Shown: in pieces, positions 19,517 to 28,922 of the stretch | Position numbering within the stretch: position 1 is the first letter of the stretch | How the letters are laid out: each line of letters starts with the position of its first letter | DNA from: a virus | Reading direction: 5' to 3' (one strand) | DNA: 64,000 bases | IMG/VR virus record: IMGVR_UViG_3300001533_002564 | Span: 1 to 64,000 of that record | The notes under the pieces: model-generated | The model's input: the letters and a program-made list of their open reading frames with translations, nothing else | The model's database searches: none | Told to the model about the DNA's origin: nothing | Translations under genes and position numbers: made by a program

Positions 19517-19972
19517 TTAATTTCTACATTTACTTCTAAATGTTTTTGTTTGTGAATGACAATTAGGACATAATATTCTTAAATTTTCTAACAAATGATT
19601 AGTTCTATCACCGTCAATATGGTCTAATTCCATGTTTAATAATTCTCCTTTCCATTTATTTTTTTGTCCACATTTTTCACATTCGTTTTTTTTATAACCT
19701 TCAGCAAATAATCTATTTTTTAATTTGAATGTTTGATATTCAGGATGTTTTCCTTCAAAAATAATTTCTTCTAAAGGTATTAAACGACCAGATTTTTTAT
19801 TGATTCCTTTACCTGATTGATTAGGTTCATAACAACCTAATTCAATTGCTCTTTTTTTAAAACTATTGAAATGTAGTTTTAATGTTGCTGCTGCTTTCGC
19901 CATTGTTAATGATTCTTCACATGTTTTAATAAAGAACTCATCATCAATTCTATCTTTTATTTTATTTCCCAT
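19517..19972 (-). CDS. HNH homing endonuclease
   Basis: CEKCG...ELDHIDGDRTN...LCPNCHSQT. Confidence 0.88.
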   Translation of the reverse strand: MGNKIKDRIDDEFFIKTCEESLTMAKAAATLKLHFNSFKKRAIELGCYEPNQSGKGINKKSGRLIPLEEIIFEGKHPEYQTFKLKNRLFAEGYKKNECEKCGQKNKWKGELLNMELDHIDGDRTNHLLENLRILCPNCHSQTKTFRSKCRN

Positions 19973-20027
19973 TTATTAGTATTTTAATATAAATACTAAA
20001 CACAATGGAAAAAGAATTTTTTAGTGT

Positions 20028-20348
20028 TTATTCTTCAGTGGTATCTAAAATTATTTTATTTTTAAATCCACCACGTTCTTTTTTCTTATTAATTTTAATT
20101 TTCTTTAATTCTTCAAGACTAATATTATGAAACATTCTTATTGCATCAATAACTTCCAATATATCAGCTAGTTTTTCGATACTAGGTTTAAGTATGAATT
20201 CTTCTAATTCTTCTTGTAATTTCAAATATAATTCACTTTCATATTCGTTATCATCGGCAATATGAAATTCATAATCAATACCTTTATTTTTTAAAATATC
20301 AGGAACATTATCCCTAACTAATTTATTATGTTTTTTATATTCTTTCAT
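20028..20348 (-). CDS. MazG/PRA-PH-like NTP pyrophosphohydrolase
   Basis: NKLVRDNVP...KLQEELEEF...LADILEVI...KKKERGGF. Confidence 0.8.
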   Translation of the reverse strand: MKEYKKHNKLVRDNVPDILKNKGIDYEFHIADDNEYESELYLKLQEELEEFILKPSIEKLADILEVIDAIRMFHNISLEELKKIKINKKKERGGFKNKIILDTTEE

Positions 20349-20773
20349 AACTCTAATAATAATCTCATATCATCTTTATTATATATTCTAATTAATGTTC
20401 CTTGACCATAAATAAATTGGAAATAATAACCTTTAAATTTCCAAATATCATTTGGGAAATCACATTTTAGTTTTTTTACATTAACTGGATGTGCAGCATC
20501 ATTCCTTGTCACATAGTTAATAATAAATATTAATTTATTATTTGGATATGGTTTACGTCCTTCATGATAACATTTCTCAATATATTCATCATTATATTCG
20601 TTAATTAAACGATACATCAATTTATCAAAATCATTTGTTTTTAACCATTCTTCAAAACGTTTATAACGTTGATTTATTATTTTTTGTTTTTTAGTTAAAT
20701 CTTCAAAATATTGTTGAACTGCTTCAGACTCAAAAAATTTATCAATTTTATCTTTTATATTATCTAATTTCAT
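20345..20773 (-). CDS. Hypothetical protein
   Basis: ORF track. Confidence 0.6.
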   Translation of the reverse strand: MKLDNIKDKIDKFFESEAVQQYFEDLTKKQKIINQRYKRFEEWLKTNDFDKLMYRLINEYNDEYIEKCYHEGRKPYPNNKLIFIINYVTRNDAAHPVNVKKLKCDFPNDIWKFKGYYFQFIYGQGTLIRIYNKDDMRLLLEL

Positions 20774-20788
20774 ATTTAATAATTTAAA

Positions 20789-20919
20789 AAAGGGACTTTC
20801 TTAAAGTAATCATTATCGGTCACGCTCCGAAACGGTCTAAGATAATTCTTTCATAACTTTCCCCATGAAATCCAGTTATGTATGTTTGCAAACTTTCTTT
20901 AAGTTTTATTCGTCCCTTT
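20789..20919 (-). ncRNA. Putative structured ncRNA directly 3' of tmRNA
   Basis: AAAGGGAC/GTCCCTTT closing stem; CTTAAAG/CTTTAAG, CATAACT/AGTTATG and ATTATC/GATAAT inner stems. Confidence 0.4.
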
Positions 20920-20921
20920 AG

Positions 20922-21285
20922 TGGAGTTGACGGGATTTGAACCCGTGTCCGCATGGTTGATTAATTAATTTTCTACAAGTTTAGGATAAAATTTTCTAAT
21001 TTTCCAAAAATAGTATGATTTAATTCTTAGTTTTTATTCTGGATTCATTACTTTTCTCATACAAACTCATTTCACCAGAAAGTTTTTGTTGATTTTTTTA
21101 CGACTTCCTATGCTGCAAATGCAAGTTCAACATTCTTTGCAAATACACTTTCTCCTCTCGTAAGAGAAGTCGGAATAGACATTATGTCTTCTGCGTTTAT
21201 TGTTTTGTACTTTTTTTAAGTAAATATTACAACTACTACTTGCTTATTAATCTCTCTACACCATCGTCAAAACCAAGACAACCCC
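20922..21285 (-). ncRNA. ssrA: tmRNA
   Basis: GGGGTTG/CAACTCC-A acceptor with G3.U70, GGTTTTGAC, T arm, tag ORF 21194-21108 AEDIMSIPTSLTRGESVFAKNVELAFAA*. Confidence 0.92.
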
Positions 21286-21288
21286 ATA

Positions 21289-21549
21289 TTATAATAAAAC
21301 ATTCCATTTTTCTTTAAATAATTCTTCGTAATCAATTCCATCACAAACATTTAATCCCATAACATTACCACCAGTCATAATACCAAGTAAAATATATTTT
21401 GGGTTTTCTATTCCTTCAAATAATATTGGTTCAAATGCTCTTATAGCAACTTCTTCACCTTGTAAACATTTTAACAATACATTACCATCTTCTCTATATT
21501 TAAGAAATATTGCTGGAATAATAATTATTTCATTTATTTTTTCACTCAT
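21289..21549 (-). CDS. Hypothetical protein
   Basis: ORF track. Confidence 0.55.
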   Translation of the reverse strand: MSEKINEIIIIPAIFLKYREDGNVLLKCLQGEEVAIRAFEPILFEGIENPKYILLGIMTGGNVMGLNVCDGIDYEELFKEKWNVLL

Positions 21550-21571
21550 ATTTAATTGTTAAACCATATAG

Positions 21572-22288
21572 TTATTTTTTTGTTGGTTTTTTTCTAAAAC
21601 TCCATTTATCAAAACCATGTTGTGGAATTTTATATTTATCATCGACTTCAATTATTTCTTTTTCACCAGCACCTAATACACCACTAATATACATTTGAAT
21701 TTCTTGAAAAGCAGTAAAACTATCAACTACTTTATAGAATTTATAATCTTTTAAATTAGGATTAATAATTAATGTACCTGTATTAGATGGTCTACCAGAA
21801 ATATGTTCATCATAAATAAATATTGGACTATTTAATTCTCTAAAAATATTAATTGGATTATAATTCAACACATAATCAACATCTTCTTGTATTGTATTTT
21901 TCCACCAATTACTTTTAAGATATTTTTTAGCATTATCATAACCATAAATAATATCTGTCTTAGTTACATCAACAATATTATCATAAATATCAACTTCTTT
22001 TGCATCATATTTAAATTTCCAACCTAAATAAAGTTTTCCACAAAAACCTACAATAAAAAAATCAACTTTTTTATATTTCTTTGAATCAGTACCCATTTGA
22101 CCTATATTCAAAAAATGATTAGTGCGTCTATAATTCCAACTTAAATTATTATCTAATTGAAATTCATTAGGCATATTTTTTACATCATCAATTTCAATAG
22201 TGTTTCTTTCATATACAATAGTTTTGTCAATACCCATTGTACCAACAACTCCATCGTAATAATCCTTATGTTTCGATATTATATGCAT
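21572..22288 (-). CDS. Hypothetical phage protein
   Basis: ORF preceded by TGTAAC-N16-CGTA (22324-22349). Confidence 0.7.
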   Translation of the reverse strand: MHIISKHKDYYDGVVGTMGIDKTIVYERNTIEIDDVKNMPNEFQLDNNLSWNYRRTNHFLNIGQMGTDSKKYKKVDFFIVGFCGKLYLGWKFKYDAKEVDIYDNIVDVTKTDIIYGYDNAKKYLKSNWWKNTIQEDVDYVLNYNPINIFRELNSPIFIYDEHISGRPSNTGTLIINPNLKDYKFYKVVDSFTAFQEIQMYISGVLGAGEKEIIEVDDKYKIPQHGFDKWSFRKKPTKK

Positions 22289-22391
22289 AATATAAAAATA
22301 TTGATTGCTAAATTAAATAAATATACGAAGAAATGCAAGGATTGTTACAAAAAAGAATTATAATAGTAAAAACTAAATTATAAAATTTTAG

Positions 22392-22463
22392 CACACCGAG
22401 GGCGATTCGAACACCCGACATTTGGTTTTGGAGACCAACGTTCTACCACTGAACTACCGATGT
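22392..22463 (-). tRNA. tRNA-Trp(CCA)
   Basis: TTGGT-CTCCAAA-ACCAA. Confidence 0.9.
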
Positions 22464-23218
22464 ATTTTAATTATATTTTCAATAATATTTAGATATTTTA
22501 ATGATGACTTTTCTTTAAAATATTTCTGTTGTGATGTATCAATAATACATAGTTCAATTCCTTGTTCTAAACATACTTGAAATTTACGATTATCGTTGTT
22601 TTGTATTTGCGAAAGTTTATCTTGACCATGTATTGGTTCATAATGATATATCCCGTTTAATTCAAATCCAAGTTTTAAACTTGGAATATAAATATCAAAC
22701 TCAGAATTTATTGCATCTTTACGATTAAAATGAAAATCTATATTAGGATATAATTTTGTTAATTTAAATTCTAACCATACTTCTAATTTAGATTTTCTTG
22801 TACCATACTTTTTATGTATATTATTATATGTTGCAGCACAAGATTTAGAACAAAAATGATTACCTGATTTAGACTTATTTATTTGAGATATTGTTTTACT
22901 GAATTCATTACCACAATTAGTGCAATTAACTATTTTCGATTTATTTTTTGATAATTGAATACATTTTTTTGAACAAAAATCACCAATATTTCTATCATAA
23001 TTATTAAATGTTCTTTTTATTACTCTTTTTAATTTATAGAAAGTATCACCACATTCTTTACATTTACATGGTAATTTATCATTTTCTCTGGCTAAAGAAA
23101 ATTCTAATTCTGTATATAATGGAATTATATCAATAAATACTCGAAAATAAAATTTCGAATCATAACACATGTGCAACATTCTCCAGACACTGACTGGAAA
23201 ATTAAAATATATTAACAC
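22454..23218 (-). CDS. Zinc-finger plus PD-(D/E)xK (Vsr-like) putative homing endonuclease; start uncertain
   Basis: Repeated CxxC...FCSKxC motifs, EFDIYIP...FELNGIYHY. Confidence 0.7.
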   Translation of the reverse strand: MLIYFNFPVSVWRMLHMCYDSKFYFRVFIDIIPLYTELEFSLARENDKLPCKCKECGDTFYKLKRVIKRTFNNYDRNIGDFCSKKCIQLSKNKSKIVNCTNCGNEFSKTISQINKSKSGNHFCSKSCAATYNNIHKKYGTRKSKLEVWLEFKLTKLYPNIDFHFNRKDAINSEFDIYIPSLKLGFELNGIYHYEPIHGQDKLSQIQNNDNRKFQVCLEQGIELCIIDTSQQKYFKEKSSLKYLNIIENIIKIHR

Positions 23219-23672
23219 CTAATGTGATTGTTATTGCAATAAAAACAGCTAATTCTGCCCACCACATAAAATGTTTTTTATCTACTAGATAAAGTATTGG
23301 TAGTGATGCTGCAACACCTGCTGTCATATACCACATATCGTATTGAAATATCATTGCTAATCCACCTAATATCATACCACCAATTGCTGCTACTAAATGA
23401 ATTGTTTTTGTAGGATTTTTATGCATAGCAGCATTTGCTCCAACCCAAACAATACCACCACCAGCAAAAAACATTAAAATACTATTCCCAATAAATATTA
23501 CTGGAAATGCAAATAACCAAGTAAATAATACAAATAAAAAGTTTCGTTTCTTTGGTAATACGTAATAACTTTTAGAAATACTTTTTTGAATACCGTATTT
23601 TATCCAGATATAAGATACATATGATATGAAATCTAATATCATTAATGTAAATAAAATTTTTATTAATGTCAT
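23202..23672 (-). CDS. Multi-pass membrane protein
   Basis: Several hydrophobic segments; start at MTLIKILF after GTATTTAT motif (the longer ORF call overlaps tRNA-Ala). Confidence 0.7.
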   Translation of the reverse strand: MTLIKILFTLMILDFISYVSYIWIKYGIQKSISKSYYVLPKKRNFLFVLFTWLFAFPVIFIGNSILMFFAGGGIVWVGANAAMHKNPTKTIHLVAAIGGMILGGLAMIFQYDMWYMTAGVAASLPILYLVDKKHFMWWAELAVFIAITITLGVNIF

Positions 23673-23741
23673 AATTTTTTTAATATAAATACAATATTGT
23701 TTTAAATGTGGAGTGTTTGGGTTTTGAACCCGATGTTGTTG

Positions 23742-23815
23742 TGGAGTCGAGGGAGTACGATTCCCCATTTATGCGGTGCAAGCGCATCGTGTTAGCCAGT
23801 TATCACTACGACCCC
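23742..23815 (-). tRNA. tRNA-Ala(TGC)
   Basis: GGGGTCG/CGACTCC-A (G3.U70), CTTGCAC loop. Confidence 0.88.
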
Positions 23816-23846
23816 AAATTTAAATATTAATATCAAACAATTTTTG

Positions 23847-23928
23847 TCCCTTTAGAGAGAATCGAACTCTCACACCTTTCGGCACATGTTTCTAAGACAT
23901 GCGTGTCTACCAATTCCACCATAAAGGG
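23847..23928 (-). tRNA. tRNA-Leu(TAG)
   Basis: CATGT-CTTAGAA-ACATG, variable arm. Confidence 0.92.
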
Positions 23929-24038
23929 GTTATTTATCGGTTGTAGATACGATAAAGATGATTTATCAATATATTTACGCATAAATAAATTTATTTGTTA
24001 TTTTACCTACATTGACAACTCTTCATCATATACAACTT

Positions 24039-24115
24039 TGGTACTCCCTGCTGGAATCAAACCAGCGACTTTCTGCATGTAAGGCAGACACTCTATCAAT
24101 CTGAATTAAAGGAGC
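24039..24115 (-). tRNA. tRNA-Val(TAC)
   Basis: TCTGC-CTTACAT-GCAGA, encoded CCA. Confidence 0.85.
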
Positions 24116-24206
24116 ATGAAGTGCTACGCCACCTTGCACCATCCCGTTTAAGAATCACCAGAAACGAGCAGGAATCGAACCAGTTAAGAACTATTGCAAT
24201 AAGTTG

Positions 24207-24293
24207 TACCCACAGATGGATTCGAACCACCGTTATACTACTCGCCTCTTCCTTGTAAGGGAAGTGCTCTTAACCTGACTGAGCTATGTGGGC
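24207..24293 (-). tRNA. tRNA-Val(TAC) with enlarged variable region
   Basis: CTTCC-CTTACAA-GGAAG. Confidence 0.8.
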
Positions 24294-24447
24294 ATTTAAT
24301 TATTTTTGATTTACCACCTTTTCTCACCTTTCTTATTTCATTAACAATAATTTCTAGGTCATAATTTTTCTTTTTAAAAAAAGAAGGTGGTGTATCAATA
24401 AATTCACGTATAATATTTATAATATTCATTATTTTCTATTTTTAAAT

Positions 24448-24561
24448 TTATATAAAGACATCATTATTGTTTTTGGATGGCGAAAGATAATTCCAACCAG
24501 TTTGTTTAATTAATTCAAAACCTAAAAGTCCATCACCTAATATTAATATTTTTTCTTTCAT
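24448..24561 (-). pseudogene. N-terminal remnant of a Rossmann-fold (RmlD-like) enzyme
   Basis: MKEKILILGDGLLGFELIKQTGWNYLS, then stop after 37 aa. Confidence 0.45.
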
Positions 24562-24591
24562 AATGTCTTTTTTTGACAAATATACTGAAAA

Positions 24592-25242
24592 TTATTTCAT
24601 ATTTCTACCTTTAATCCAGCCAAAATTAACATAATCATTTAATAAATCTTTTTTTATTTTTTTATTCACACCGTTTTTATTTACCCAACATCTACCATAC
24701 TGAGAATTATTTTCACCAAGACCCTTTCCTTTGCTAGATTCACTCATTTTTTGTTTAGTCTCAATTGAATGTCGTTTATTTTTAAAATTATTATATTTAA
24801 TTTTACCCTCTTGATGTCTTTTTTTCATTTTTATTGAAGATTGTGCTGAATGAATTTTAAAATATTCAGGGTCATTTTTTAATTTTTTTGCTGTTGCTTT
24901 TCCACCAGCACTAGTAATTTTAAATATTTTTTCTTTAGATAACCCAACTAAACCACCATCACCACCTGTTTTTAAATTCATACACATTGGGTCTTTTAAC
25001 ATTTCTTCATTTACCAAATTTTTTTCACGTTCTTTTAGTAAATTTCTATTTTCATAAAAATCAATTATTTCAATTTTATGATTTTCTTTACCATATTTAT
25101 TAATTGAATACCAAAGTCTTTTACCACTACCAATATAACCGTCATTTAAATTATTAGTACTATGCATTCCATAATAAAATTTTTCTGTAATAATACAAGT
25201 TGTTTTATAAATAAAATGATATTTTTTTTCTTTTCGTACCAT
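24592..25242 (-). CDS. GIY-YIG (Seg-like) homing endonuclease
   Basis: HFIYKTT...FYYGMHST...GYIGSG, NUMOD3-like HSIETKQKMS. Confidence 0.85.
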   Translation of the reverse strand: MVRKEKKYHFIYKTTCIITEKFYYGMHSTNNLNDGYIGSGKRLWYSINKYGKENHKIEIIDFYENRNLLKEREKNLVNEEMLKDPMCMNLKTGGDGGLVGLSKEKIFKITSAGGKATAKKLKNDPEYFKIHSAQSSIKMKKRHQEGKIKYNNFKNKRHSIETKQKMSESSKGKGLGENNSQYGRCWVNKNGVNKKIKKDLLNDYVNFGWIKGRNMK

Positions 25243-25288
25243 CTTAATATTTTATTATAAATACTAAGACGGTACAAAAAGTTCAAGG

Positions 25289-25361
25289 TAGCGTACAGGG
25301 GAATCGAACCCCTGTTTCTAGGATGAAAACCTAGCGTCCTAGTCCACTAGACGAGTGCGCC
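25289..25361 (-). tRNA. tRNA-Glu(TTC)
   Basis: CTAGG-TTTTCAT-CCTAG. Confidence 0.92.
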
Positions 25362-25371
25362 ATATGAATAA

Positions 25372-25584
25372 TTAAAATTCACCTTTAATTATTCTTACGA
25401 TATCTTTACTACTGACCACGTTACATTTTGTAGTAATTTCATCAATTCTTTTTTTAGGAATATCATAATGATTTTTATAAAACCAGTATTTCCTAATTTT
25501 CAATTTTTTTGCCATAAGATGCAAATTCTCAATGGAATATGGCATACAAACGACATGTCTACTTTTGTCACAGTAAAATTCCAT
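25372..25584 (-). CDS. DUF4031-like protein
   Basis: LHLMAKKLKIRKYWF...HYDI. Confidence 0.55.
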   Translation of the reverse strand: MEFYCDKSRHVVCMPYSIENLHLMAKKLKIRKYWFYKNHYDIPKKRIDEITTKCNVVSSKDIVRIIKGEF

Positions 25585-25610
25585 CTCAAATAGTTTTTAA
25601 TTAATATTAG

Positions 25611-25685
25611 TAGTGCCAACGGGACTCGAACCCGCATTTGCCAGTTTGAAGGACTGATTTCCTATTCCATTTAGAAGATAGCACC
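25611..25685 (-). tRNA. tRNA-Glu(TTC), C33 variant
   Basis: TCAGT-CCTTCAA-ACTGG. Confidence 0.82.
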
Positions 25686-25723
25686 ATTTTGAATTTTCCA
25701 GACAGTGTATGGAAAATTGAAAA

Positions 25724-25860
25724 TACTTTACATACTTTTTGGCAAGTGATGATTTTTTCATGTCACAGGCTTCTGCTTATTTAAGGCAGATATGCTTATT
25801 GCACCAACTTGCAGTATTCTCATAAATTATATCCACCTGATATAATCCGACAGTAAAGTA
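25724..25860 (-). ncRNA. Putative multi-branched structured ncRNA
   Basis: TACTTTAC/GTAAAGTA closing stem; ATTATATC/GATATAAT, GCAAGT/ACTTGC and TCTGC/GCAGA inner stems. Confidence 0.4.
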
Positions 25861-25865
25861 CTTAG

Positions 25866-25938
25866 CACCCCCGACAGGACTTGAACCTGCAACCTTGGCG
25901 CAGACAACGCCTTATTCTGCCAATTGAACTACGAGGGT
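25866..25938 (-). tRNA. tRNA-Asp(GTC)
   Basis: GGCG-TTGTCTG-CGCC, G73. Confidence 0.8.
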
Positions 25939-25940
25939 AT

Positions 25941-26609
25941 TTATTGTTTTTCATAATATTTTTTCCACTTCCTAATCGCATTATCACTAACACCATATTT
26001 ACGACCAGTACCAGAATAACCTAATTCATTAATCTCAATTAATAATTGTTCATATGAAGGTCGTTTAACTTTACGTTGTTTAACTGAACGTTTTTTTAAT
26101 GAGATTTCTTTTTCTTTATTATTTAATTCATTATAATATTTTTTTCTCTTAGAATTAGATTTAAACTTAATATTTTTACCTCCATGAGTAGGAAGTGTTG
26201 CATTACAATTTGGACATAATATTCTAAGATTAATTAATCTATTATCATCATGATTTCCATTGATATGGTCAAGAATTAGACTTATTTTTTCACCATACCA
26301 CCATTCATCTTGTCCACATTTTTCACATTTACGTTCTTTTAATCCCTCATCATATAATCTTTTTTTCAGATTTTTAGTGTTATATGTTGAGCCAGTAACC
26401 AAAATTTCATTTAATAATAATTTACCATTATAATTGTTTTTTGGTTTAAAATCAAAATGTGATATATCTATATCATATTCATTAATTCTTTTTTTTATTG
26501 TTTGTCTATTACCACAATAATTATTATCATATATTTTTTTTGATACATCACTAAATGATTTCGATTCACTTACAATTTGTTTAAATTTTTTTATGTCCAT
26601 AACTGTCAT
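25941..26609 (-). CDS. HNH homing endonuclease
   Basis: Paralog of 11846-12535. Confidence 0.88.
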   Translation of the reverse strand: MTVMDIKKFKQIVSESKSFSDVSKKIYDNNYCGNRQTIKKRINEYDIDISHFDFKPKNNYNGKLLLNEILVTGSTYNTKNLKKRLYDEGLKERKCEKCGQDEWWYGEKISLILDHINGNHDDNRLINLRILCPNCNATLPTHGGKNIKFKSNSKRKKYYNELNNKEKEISLKKRSVKQRKVKRPSYEQLLIEINELGYSGTGRKYGVSDNAIRKWKKYYEKQ

Positions 26610-26670
26610 TTAATATAAATACTGTCAGTTCGACAAATATAATAATAAATGACAATTAAAACAACTCAGC

Positions 26671-26740
26671 CGACCACGTGGGATTCGAACCCCGCCCCCT
26701 CATAGACAGTGAGGAATACTTGCCATTATACTACGCAGTC
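26671..26740 (-). tRNA. tRNA-Asp(GTC)
   Basis: CCTCA-CTGTCTA-TGAGG, G73. Confidence 0.85.
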
Positions 26741-26816
26741 GATATTTGGAATGGATTATATGATTTTTTCAATACTATATAATCCATTCCTATGAATTTA
26801 ATAATTTTTACTTTTT

Positions 26817-26837
26817 CCAACATGTCAAAGAACTATA
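26817..26837 (-). promoter_or_regulatory. boxA-like antitermination element
   Basis: Identical to 1449-1469. Confidence 0.65.
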
Positions 26838-26849
26838 CACACTAAAATC

Positions 26850-26882
26850 AAAAAACCCGACTCTTTTTAGTTAGTCGGGCTT
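26850..26882 (-). terminator. Attenuator terminator 3
   Basis: AAGCCCGACT / AGTCGGGTTT plus U-tract. Confidence 0.85.
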
Positions 26883-26913
26883 CTTTTTAAGAAAGGAGTG
26901 TGTAATATTATTA

Positions 26914-27000
26914 TTACCCGACTGAACATAATCTATCCTCATCTGCTGCCCATAAGACTGCATCCAGAACTACCATTAATATGTCGAGTAAATTTTTCAT
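26914..27000 (-). CDS. Leader peptide 3, MKNLLDILMVVLDAVLWAADEDRLCSVG (28 aa)
   Basis: L/D/M/V/A/W/E run; AGTCGGGT (26916-26923) complementary to the terminator 5' arm. Confidence 0.8.
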   Translation of the reverse strand: MKNLLDILMVVLDAVLWAADEDRLCSVG

Positions 27001-27078
27001 TTGTCTTGTTATTTTTTTATTAATACTATTTTTTCATCAATTTGTTTTTAAATAAACTTATTGTCTTGAGTTCATAAA

Positions 27079-27105
27079 TACGTAGCAAAGATATAAAATG
27101 TTACA
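27079..27105 (-). promoter_or_regulatory. Composite promoter: TGTAAC-N17-CGTA with nested TATCTTTG
   Basis: Near-identical to 1711-1737. Confidence 0.65.
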
Positions 27106-27198
27106 ATAATACCAAACTTTTTTTGATTTATTTTTTAATTATTTTCTATCGACAGCCAAAAGTACTTGATAATAAGGAGATTTGGCTAATAATAGATA

Positions 27199-27561
27199 TT
27201 AATATTCATCAGATAATGAGAAAAATCTTTGAAGTTCTAACATCTTTTGTTTATCTTCATTATAAACCTTATTATAAATTGTATCTAATATTATTTTTAA
27301 ATCTTCTCTAGTAAATGTTTCGTTATTTACTAAAGAAGCAAGATTATTCCATTCATTATAATTACCATTTTCATCTAAATCATCATCACGATATTCATCA
27401 GGATCTGGTTCATTATTTTCATCATCTTCATATGGTTCATTATATGGTGCAGTTGGGTCATATTCTGCTCCAGCAGGATAATTTTCATTTAAAGGCATAC
27501 CACCTACTTTATTCATCATTTCAAAAAGCATATCTTTGCTACTATCTTTTTGTTTTTTCAT
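27199..27561 (-). CDS. Acidic late protein
   Basis: AGTATTTAT upstream; SKDMLFEMM resembles SKERLFEVM of 35971. Confidence 0.7.
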   Translation of the reverse strand: MKKQKDSSKDMLFEMMNKVGGMPLNENYPAGAEYDPTAPYNEPYEDDENNEPDPDEYRDDDLDENGNYNEWNNLASLVNNETFTREDLKIILDTIYNKVYNEDKQKMLELQRFFSLSDEY

Positions 27562-27757
27562 AATATTCTAAATTTATAATAAATACTTTATAACTATAAA
27601 AAAGGTGATAATAGTAGCGAACTTCTTATCACCTTTATATGGTCGAAACCATAACAGTCCTAAAACCGTATATCGTTAAATTATCTTTTAACATAAATAC
27701 TTATTCAAAATATAATATTCTGGCACGTTTATTGTTTTTTAATTAAAAATTATTCAC

Positions 27758-28498
27758 ATGAAAAAATTATTACTTACATTATTATTATTTTTATTTACAA
27801 TTCCATTATTTTCACAAACAGCATACATTAATGATAACAACAGAGAACGTTTAATTAAACAATTTTTTTCTGTCGATACAATTCAGAAAGATACAACATA
27901 TACTATTCAATATACTTTATATGTAAATAGATTAGTTCATTATGTATATCCATTTGGTTATAGGTCATTCTATAATAGACATTATCCTTATTATAATAAT
28001 TATTGGTCATATGATTATACTTGGTGGTATAATAACGATTGGTATAATCCTTACTGGTTTTACTATGATAGTTGGTATTATAATAATTATAGATGTTATT
28101 ATAGATATTATTGGAACTATCACAAACCATATTATAAACCAATTAGACAAAGAACTGTTGTAACTAGAAATGCTAAATCTGTTAAGCATGATATTAAATC
28201 AACAAGAGTAAGCACTCAAAATCATACTAGACCTGCTACTAATAGAACAGAAAGATATAATAGACCAAGGAGTCATTATAATAGTGAATCAAGATATGTT
28301 CGACAAGCAAAAACTTATGAAAATACTAGACCAAATAATAATAGAAGAAGTTCATATACAAGAACAAATCCAAGAACACGTAGTTATAACACACCAACAA
28401 GGTCGAAGTCAACTACTGTAAGAAGTTCTAATTCAAGTGGAACAAGAAGTTCTGGTAGTAGAAGTTCTTCAGGAAGTAGAAGTGGTGGTAGAAGATAA
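27758..28498 (+). CDS. Secreted Y/W-rich protein with R/S-rich tail
   Basis: Signal peptide; low-complexity architecture common in Bacteroidota. Confidence 0.7.
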   Translation: MKKLLLTLLLFLFTIPLFSQTAYINDNNRERLIKQFFSVDTIQKDTTYTIQYTLYVNRLVHYVYPFGYRSFYNRHYPYYNNYWSYDYTWWYNNDWYNPYWFYYDSWYYNNYRCYYRYYWNYHKPYYKPIRQRTVVTRNAKSVKHDIKSTRVSTQNHTRPATNRTERYNRPRSHYNSESRYVRQAKTYENTRPNNNRRSSYTRTNPRTRSYNTPTRSKSTTVRSSNSSGTRSSGSRSSSGSRSGGRR

Positions 28499-28499
28499 T

Positions 28500-28922
28500 T
28501 TATTTTTTAAAATGTGGATTTAATTTAATTGGACTATATTCAATTTCATATATTTTAAAATAGGTTTCAAACAATGACTTAATATTTATACTTCCATATG
28601 AATTCATTGAATGTATAATGATTTCATGTGGAAGTTCTAATTTATTATCCATACAATAATTAATAAGCCATTTAGCACAATGATATCCAGTTTTTTCACT
28701 GTCTTCTTTACTATAATCGAAATTTTGTTGTTTATAATGTTCATAAGCAAGGTCATGGTCAAAAGCAATTACTTCTGGAATACCTTTCTTTTCAATAAGT
28801 GATATAAATTCATAGTAATTCCTAACAATAACTCAATCAGGTTCGTTAAATACTGGAAGTCCCATATAACTAAATGTTTCTTTCGGTATTCTCACATCAT
28901 CCAAAAATAATTTATAATCCAT
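28500..28922 (-). pseudogene. Cyclic-phosphate-processing receiver-domain protein with in-frame TGA at codon 30
   Basis: YKLFLDDVRIP...PD*VIVRNYYEF...AFDHDL...EKTGYHCAKWL...IHSMNSYG; missing from the ORF track. Confidence 0.75.
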
